From: Gemmatimonadales bacterium
GTDB taxonomy: Bacteria; Gemmatimonadota; Gemmatimonadetes; Gemmatimonadales; GWC2-71-9
DNA: 28,323 bases
Assembly (NCBI GenBank): GCA_044449625.1
Contig: JBIOIC010000001.1
Coordinates: 1-28,323 of the forward strand
Direction of reading: 5' to 3'
Shown: in pieces, positions 24,666 through 28,323 of the stretch
Layout: each line of letters opens with the position of its first letter
Position numbering within the stretch: the stretch's first letter is position 1
Notes under the pieces: model-generated
Told to the model about the DNA's origin: nothing
What the model saw: only the letters and a program-made list of their open reading frames with translations
Databases searched by the model: none
Translations under genes and position numbers: made by a program

Positions 24666-26919
24666 ATGTCGCCGCTGTCAAAGCGTACTGTTCGCTGCGT
24701 CCGGAACCGTGCACGCGCATCGTCGCGCTGTCGACGAGGACCTCGATCGTTCCGGATTCGTCGGTCCGCCAGACCGAGGCCCCGGCCGTCCGCAAACGCC
24801 CGAGCGTCTCCGCGGCGGGATGACCGTAGCGGTTTCCCCGCCCCACGCTGACGACGGCTACTTCAGGCTTGAGCTCCGCGAGCCACTCGACTCCCGACGC
24901 GGTACGGCTCCCGTGGTGTCCCACCTTGAGGAGATCGATGTCGCCAACGCGGCCCCGGAGTCTCCCCTCGGCACGCAGTCCCGCGTCGCCCGCGAGCAGC
25001 GCGTGGAACGCGCCCCAATGGATCAGCAGGACGACGGAATCCTCGTTGAGGTCGAGCCCCCACTCCGCCCACGTCGTATCGGGATGCAGCACCACGAGCT
25101 CGACGCCATCGACCCGGAGCGTATCGCCGGAGCGCAGCGGCGCCCATTGCGTCCCGTCGGCCGCCGCGGCATCCAGCATTCCGAGGTAGGCCGAATCGGG
25201 AACCGCCTCGCCCGGTTCCAGCAGGAGCGCGGCGTTGACCCGGTCCAGCACCGCGGGGATTCCGCCGAAATGATCGAGGTGCGCATGGGAGAGCACCACG
25301 GCGTCAAGCCGATCGATTCCTTCCCGGGCCAGGAATGGAGCCACCACCCGCCGCCCCGCGTCGCGTCCCTCCAGGCGAGGACCCGCATCGATCAGAATCG
25401 CGTGGCCGTGAGGGGTCCGGAGGAGTGCTGCATCCCCCTGGCCGACATCGAGAAAATCTAACCGCAGCCCCGAGACCGGGCCACGCGCCGACAGAGCCGC
25501 AGTCCAAAGAAGCCCGACCCACGCCGCGGCGGCGCCCGCCAGCACGATGCGGGTCCCCGCCACGCCCCGGGTATTGCGCGAGCCAGCCGCCCACAGTGCG
25601 ATACCAAGCACCAGGAGCCACGGCAGCGCACTCATCGGCTCCGCCGCGAGAGTCATGTGTCCGAAGGGGAGGATCGCTCCGAGCGCGGCCAGCCGGTCGA
25701 GCCCGACGAGCCCGATCCCCGCCCCGGCCGCGAATGCCCGCGCCAGGGGCATTGCCACCGGCGCAATCACCACGCTGGCGAGCGCGCCGGGGACGGCGAT
25801 CGCGGCGAGCGGAATCCCGATGAAGTTGAGAACGATCCCGGCGAGTGCGACCGTGCCGAGCGCCGCGGCGGTGATCGGCGCCGTGGCGAGGGTCGCGCCG
25901 ATGGAGCCCGCCAGGGTCTGCCATCCGGCATGGCGGCCGAGCGCGCGATCGCTCCAGCGGGTGAAATGGGTGGCGCCACCGAGCGATCCCACCGAGAGCC
26001 AGGCGCCGATGTCGAAGATGGCCCAGGGATCGACCACCAGGACCGCGAGCGCCGTGACGGCCAGCAGGCTGCCCGGGGCGACCTGACGCTGTCGCAGCCG
26101 CGCCGTACAGGTCACCACCGCGAGCGCAACCGCCCGGGTGGCGGGAGCGGGCCAGCCCAGCCATCCCACATAGCCCACCGCCACCGCCGTAGCGACCAGC
26201 CAGGCGCGTTCGCGGGAGAGTCCGGCGGCGCGGCAGAGGATCAGAATCCACGCCACGATCAGCCCGACGTGAAAGCCCGAGATCGAGAGCAGATGGATGA
26301 GGCCGGCCTGGGCGTAGGTGTCGCGCAGCACCGGATCGAGCGCGCCCCGCCGGTCGAAGAGCAGCGCATCGACCAACGGGGCGCGGCTGCCGTAGAGCTG
26401 GCGGGTAACGCCGAAGAGTCGAGCGCGCGCGGCGAGTCCGCGCGGGACATCTCCGAGTGCCGGCGCCACGCGCGCGGCGACGAGCACGCCCCCCGGACGT
26501 CCCGCCGGCCCCTCGGGCCGCGGGATCCAGCGCCCCTCAACGGCGACCCGTGTGCCAACCTCGGCCCGTGCCCGGGGCGACCAGCGGACCGCGATATCTC
26601 CATCACAGCGGCCCGCCGGAGCGAAGCGGACCGGCGTAGCGCCGACCGGCGGGTCCCGCGGCACACCGACGACACGGACCTCACCACCTTTGAGCAGGGC
26701 CGAGCACCGTGCCGGCTCCACCCGCCACGCGACCCAGGCGACACCGCGCCCGACGAGCGCCGCGCCGAGGATGAGGACCAAGGTCGGACGCCGGCCGACA
26801 GCGAGGACCAAGACGGCAAGACCCAGAAGCGCGCTTCCCGTATCCCCGAAACGCAAGAGGCCGGTCGCAAGACCGGCCCCATATCCCACCACCAGCGCCA
26901 CGGCGGGCGCCGGCCTCAT
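24652..26919 (-). CDS. comEC: DNA internalization competence protein ComEC/Rec2 (N-terminal OB-like loop + Competence domain + metallo-beta-lactamase domain)
   Basis: AGLIHLLSISGFHV (Competence), DPWAIFDIGAWLS, FLDVGQGDA, LIDAG, LSHAHLDHFGG (HxHxDH), NEDSVVL, LKVGHHGS, NRYGHP, WRTDESG. ATG 26919 preferred over GTG 26961, which overlaps comFB. Confidence 0.96.
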   Translation of the reverse strand: MRPAPAVALVVGYGAGLATGLLRFGDTGSALLGLAVLVLAVGRRPTLVLILGAALVGRGVAWVAWRVEPARCSALLKGGEVRVVGVPRDPPVGATPVRFAPAGRCDGDIAVRWSPRARAEVGTRVAVEGRWIPRPEGPAGRPGGVLVAARVAPALGDVPRGLAARARLFGVTRQLYGSRAPLVDALLFDRRGALDPVLRDTYAQAGLIHLLSISGFHVGLIVAWILILCRAAGLSRERAWLVATAVAVGYVGWLGWPAPATRAVALAVVTCTARLRQRQVAPGSLLAVTALAVLVVDPWAIFDIGAWLSVGSLGGATHFTRWSDRALGRHAGWQTLAGSIGATLATAPITAAALGTVALAGIVLNFIGIPLAAIAVPGALASVVIAPVAMPLARAFAAGAGIGLVGLDRLAALGAILPFGHMTLAAEPMSALPWLLVLGIALWAAGSRNTRGVAGTRIVLAGAAAAWVGLLWTAALSARGPVSGLRLDFLDVGQGDAALLRTPHGHAILIDAGPRLEGRDAGRRVVAPFLAREGIDRLDAVVLSHAHLDHFGGIPAVLDRVNAALLLEPGEAVPDSAYLGMLDAAAADGTQWAPLRSGDTLRVDGVELVVLHPDTTWAEWGLDLNEDSVVLLIHWGAFHALLAGDAGLRAEGRLRGRVGDIDLLKVGHHGSRTASGVEWLAELKPEVAVVSVGRGNRYGHPAAETLGRLRTAGASVWRTDESGTIEVLVDSATMRVHGSGRSEQYALTAATSVHP

Positions 26920-26935
26920 CCCGCCCGACCCCGGG

Positions 26936-27217
26936 TCAGCGCCCGCCGGAGGGTGCAGCACCGCAGCGAGGGGCCATCCCCACCTTCCGGAACGCCTCGA
27001 GGAGGACCACTTCGGTCGCCACGCGAGTCTGGTCCCGGTCGAGCGCGATCTCGCTCAGGACCGCTCCCTCCGTGGTCGCGACGTAGCGGGCGGGGAGCCG
27101 GTTCAAGGCATAGACCAGGACGTCGCTCCGGCAGATCTTGCAGCCACAAAATCCGGCGATCGACGACAGCAGCGCGTCGTAACGCTGGGTGACATGTTCT
27201 TCCACGAGGTTCCGCAT
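26936..27217 (-). CDS. ComFB family (late competence development ComFB) protein
   Basis: MRNLVEEHV...FCGCKICRSDVLVYALNRLPARYVAT...VGMAPRC fits the ComFB pattern N..EE.V...C.C..C..D....ALN.LP..YV....PR[H]. 93 aa; TGATG overlap with miaB. Family recognised from memory, not by HMM. Confidence 0.88.
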   Translation of the reverse strand: MRNLVEEHVTQRYDALLSSIAGFCGCKICRSDVLVYALNRLPARYVATTEGAVLSEIALDRDQTRVATEVVLLEAFRKVGMAPRCGAAPSGGR

Positions 27218-28323
27218 CACACGACCGCCAGGGCGCGCCCGGCCGGAGCCGGTTCGCCGGTGAAAGTGGAGCCGGTCGTGCCGGTGAGACGCACCGTGTG
27301 GTACTCACCGATGGCCGACGCAGGCAGCTCGAGCAGAACCATGTGGTTGGCGCGGGTGCGCCCGAGCAGGAGCCCGCCCCGCTTGGCCGGCCGCTCCACC
27401 AGCACTTCGTGGACCTCGCCGACGCGGGCGAAGTTCTTCCGGGCCGCCTGACCACGGGCGACACCGATGAGCCGATCGAGCCGCTCACTCGCCACCGCAT
27501 CCTCGATGTGCCCCTTGATTCGCACCGCCGGCGTCCCTTCCCGGACCGAATACTTGAAGGTGTAGGCCTCGTCGAAGGCCGCTTCCTCCACCAGCGACAA
27601 GGTCTCCGCGAATTCCGCTTCGGTTTCACCGGGGAATCCAACGATGAGATCGGTCGAAATGGTGATGCCGGGAATGGCGCGCCGAAGCCGGACGACGACC
27701 TCGATATAGGTGGCGCGATCGTAGCGCCGGAGCATCCGCTTGAGGCAGCTGTCTGCGCCGCTCTGGGCCGGCAGGTGGACGTGCTCGCAGACCGCCTCCA
27801 CCTCCGCCATCGCCGCGATGACGCCGTCGGTGAAATCGGTGGGATAGGGGCTGGTGAAGCGGACGCGGCGGACCCCGTCCACCGCGCCCACGGCGCGCAG
27901 GAGGTCAGCGAAGTCGTGCCGGCCATCGTGATAGCTGTTGACCGTCTGCCCAAGGAGCGTCACCTCCGTGGTGCCCCCGGCGGCGAGCTCCGCCACCTCC
28001 CGCACCACGTCGGACAAGTTACGGCTCCGCTCCGGTCCGCGCGTGTACGGAACAATGCAGAAGGTGCACTTATAATCGCAGCCGCGCTGGACGGTGACGA
28101 ACGCGGTCGGACCGCCCTGCCGTACCGGCGGCACATCCTCGTAATGCTCCCAGGAACGGAACGCCGTATCGCTCACCCGGCCTCCCGCCTCGGCCTGGGC
28201 GATGACATCGGGAAGATTCCGATAGGCGTCGGGTCCCACCACCAGGTCGATCTTGGAGACCTGCTCCAGCAGCCTGGGCCCCAGCCGCTGCGCCATGCAT
28301 CCCACCACGCCGAGCACCCCGCC
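27217..28323 (-). CDS. miaB: tRNA (N6-isopentenyl adenosine37-C2)-methylthiotransferase MiaB, 5'-truncated by the window
   Basis: GVVGCMAQRLG (UPF0004 end), radical SAM GCDYKCTFCIVPYTRGPERSR, LLGQTVNSY, RFTSPYP, HLPAQSG, TDLIVGFPGETE, FKYSVREGTPA, C-terminal TRAM domain (GRTRANHMV). Confidence 0.97.
   Translation of the reverse strand, partial: GGVLGVVGCMAQRLGPRLLEQVSKIDLVVGPDAYRNLPDVIAQAEAGGRVSDTAFRSWEHYEDVPPVRQGGPTAFVTVQRGCDYKCTFCIVPYTRGPERSRNLSDVVREVAELAAGGTTEVTLLGQTVNSYHDGRHDFADLLRAVGAVDGVRRVRFTSPYPTDFTDGVIAAMAEVEAVCEHVHLPAQSGADSCLKRMLRRYDRATYIEVVVRLRRAIPGITISTDLIVGFPGETEAEFAETLSLVEEAAFDEAYTFKYSVREGTPAVRIKGHIEDAVASERLDRLIGVARGQAARKNFARVGEVHEVLVERPAKRGGLLLGRTRANHMVLLELPASAIGEYHTVRLTGTTGSTFTGEPAPAGRALAVV

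Noticed and set aside
9421-25461. Long plus-strand ORFs (e.g. 439-1881, 6491-7972, 9421-11709, 13911-15188, 19956-21626, 21893-23608, 23689-25461, 25657-27192)
   Set aside because: Each is the antisense shadow of a well-supported minus-strand gene. Stop-poor reverse frames are expected at this GC content, and none shows a recognisable motif or start context.
344-25955. Recurrent GCGATCGC / CGATCG (HIP1-like) sites
   Set aside because: The handful of copies seen are in coding sequence and explained by Ala-Ile-Ala-type codons at high GC. Over-representation was not computed.
1-28323. tRNA, rRNA, prophage, defence or toxin-antitoxin genes
   Set aside because: The window is almost fully occupied by identified CDS, and the few intergenic gaps show no cloverleaf or other such signature.

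Overview
High-GC bacterial chromosomal segment. It looks like Gemmatimonadota, but that is an inference from gene content and order, not a database result. About 31 protein genes, all on the minus strand and mostly joined by 1-4 bp start/stop overlaps. Transcription runs right to left in three blocks. (1) miaB (5'-truncated)-comFB-family-comEC-fbp-methylmalonyl-CoA mutase large subunit, ending at an intrinsic terminator. (2) A sigma70-like promoter, then FmdB zinc ribbon-argS-PfkB kinase-purM-unknown beta-barrel-ribD-ribE-ribBA-ribH-nusB-GT4-hpf-hprK-complete mannose-family PTS (IIA, IIB, IIC, IID, HPr, EI)-metK-DUF151 nuclease-unknown exported protein. (3) A cobalamin riboswitch, then btuF-btuC-btuD-TonB-dependent receptor (3'-truncated). 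No tRNA, rRNA, CRISPR array, transposase or phage gene was recognised. Best leads: a ComFB-family (cyclic-dinucleotide receptor family) gene directly upstream of comEC; 7-bp tandem microarrays at three gene 3' ends; a composite palindrome/terminator element at 21.86-22.06 kb; a structured SD-less metK leader; a riboswitch SD that points at an out-of-frame start; and two uncharacterised exported proteins in housekeeping operons. All calls are by eye; no HMM, BLAST or folding program was run.
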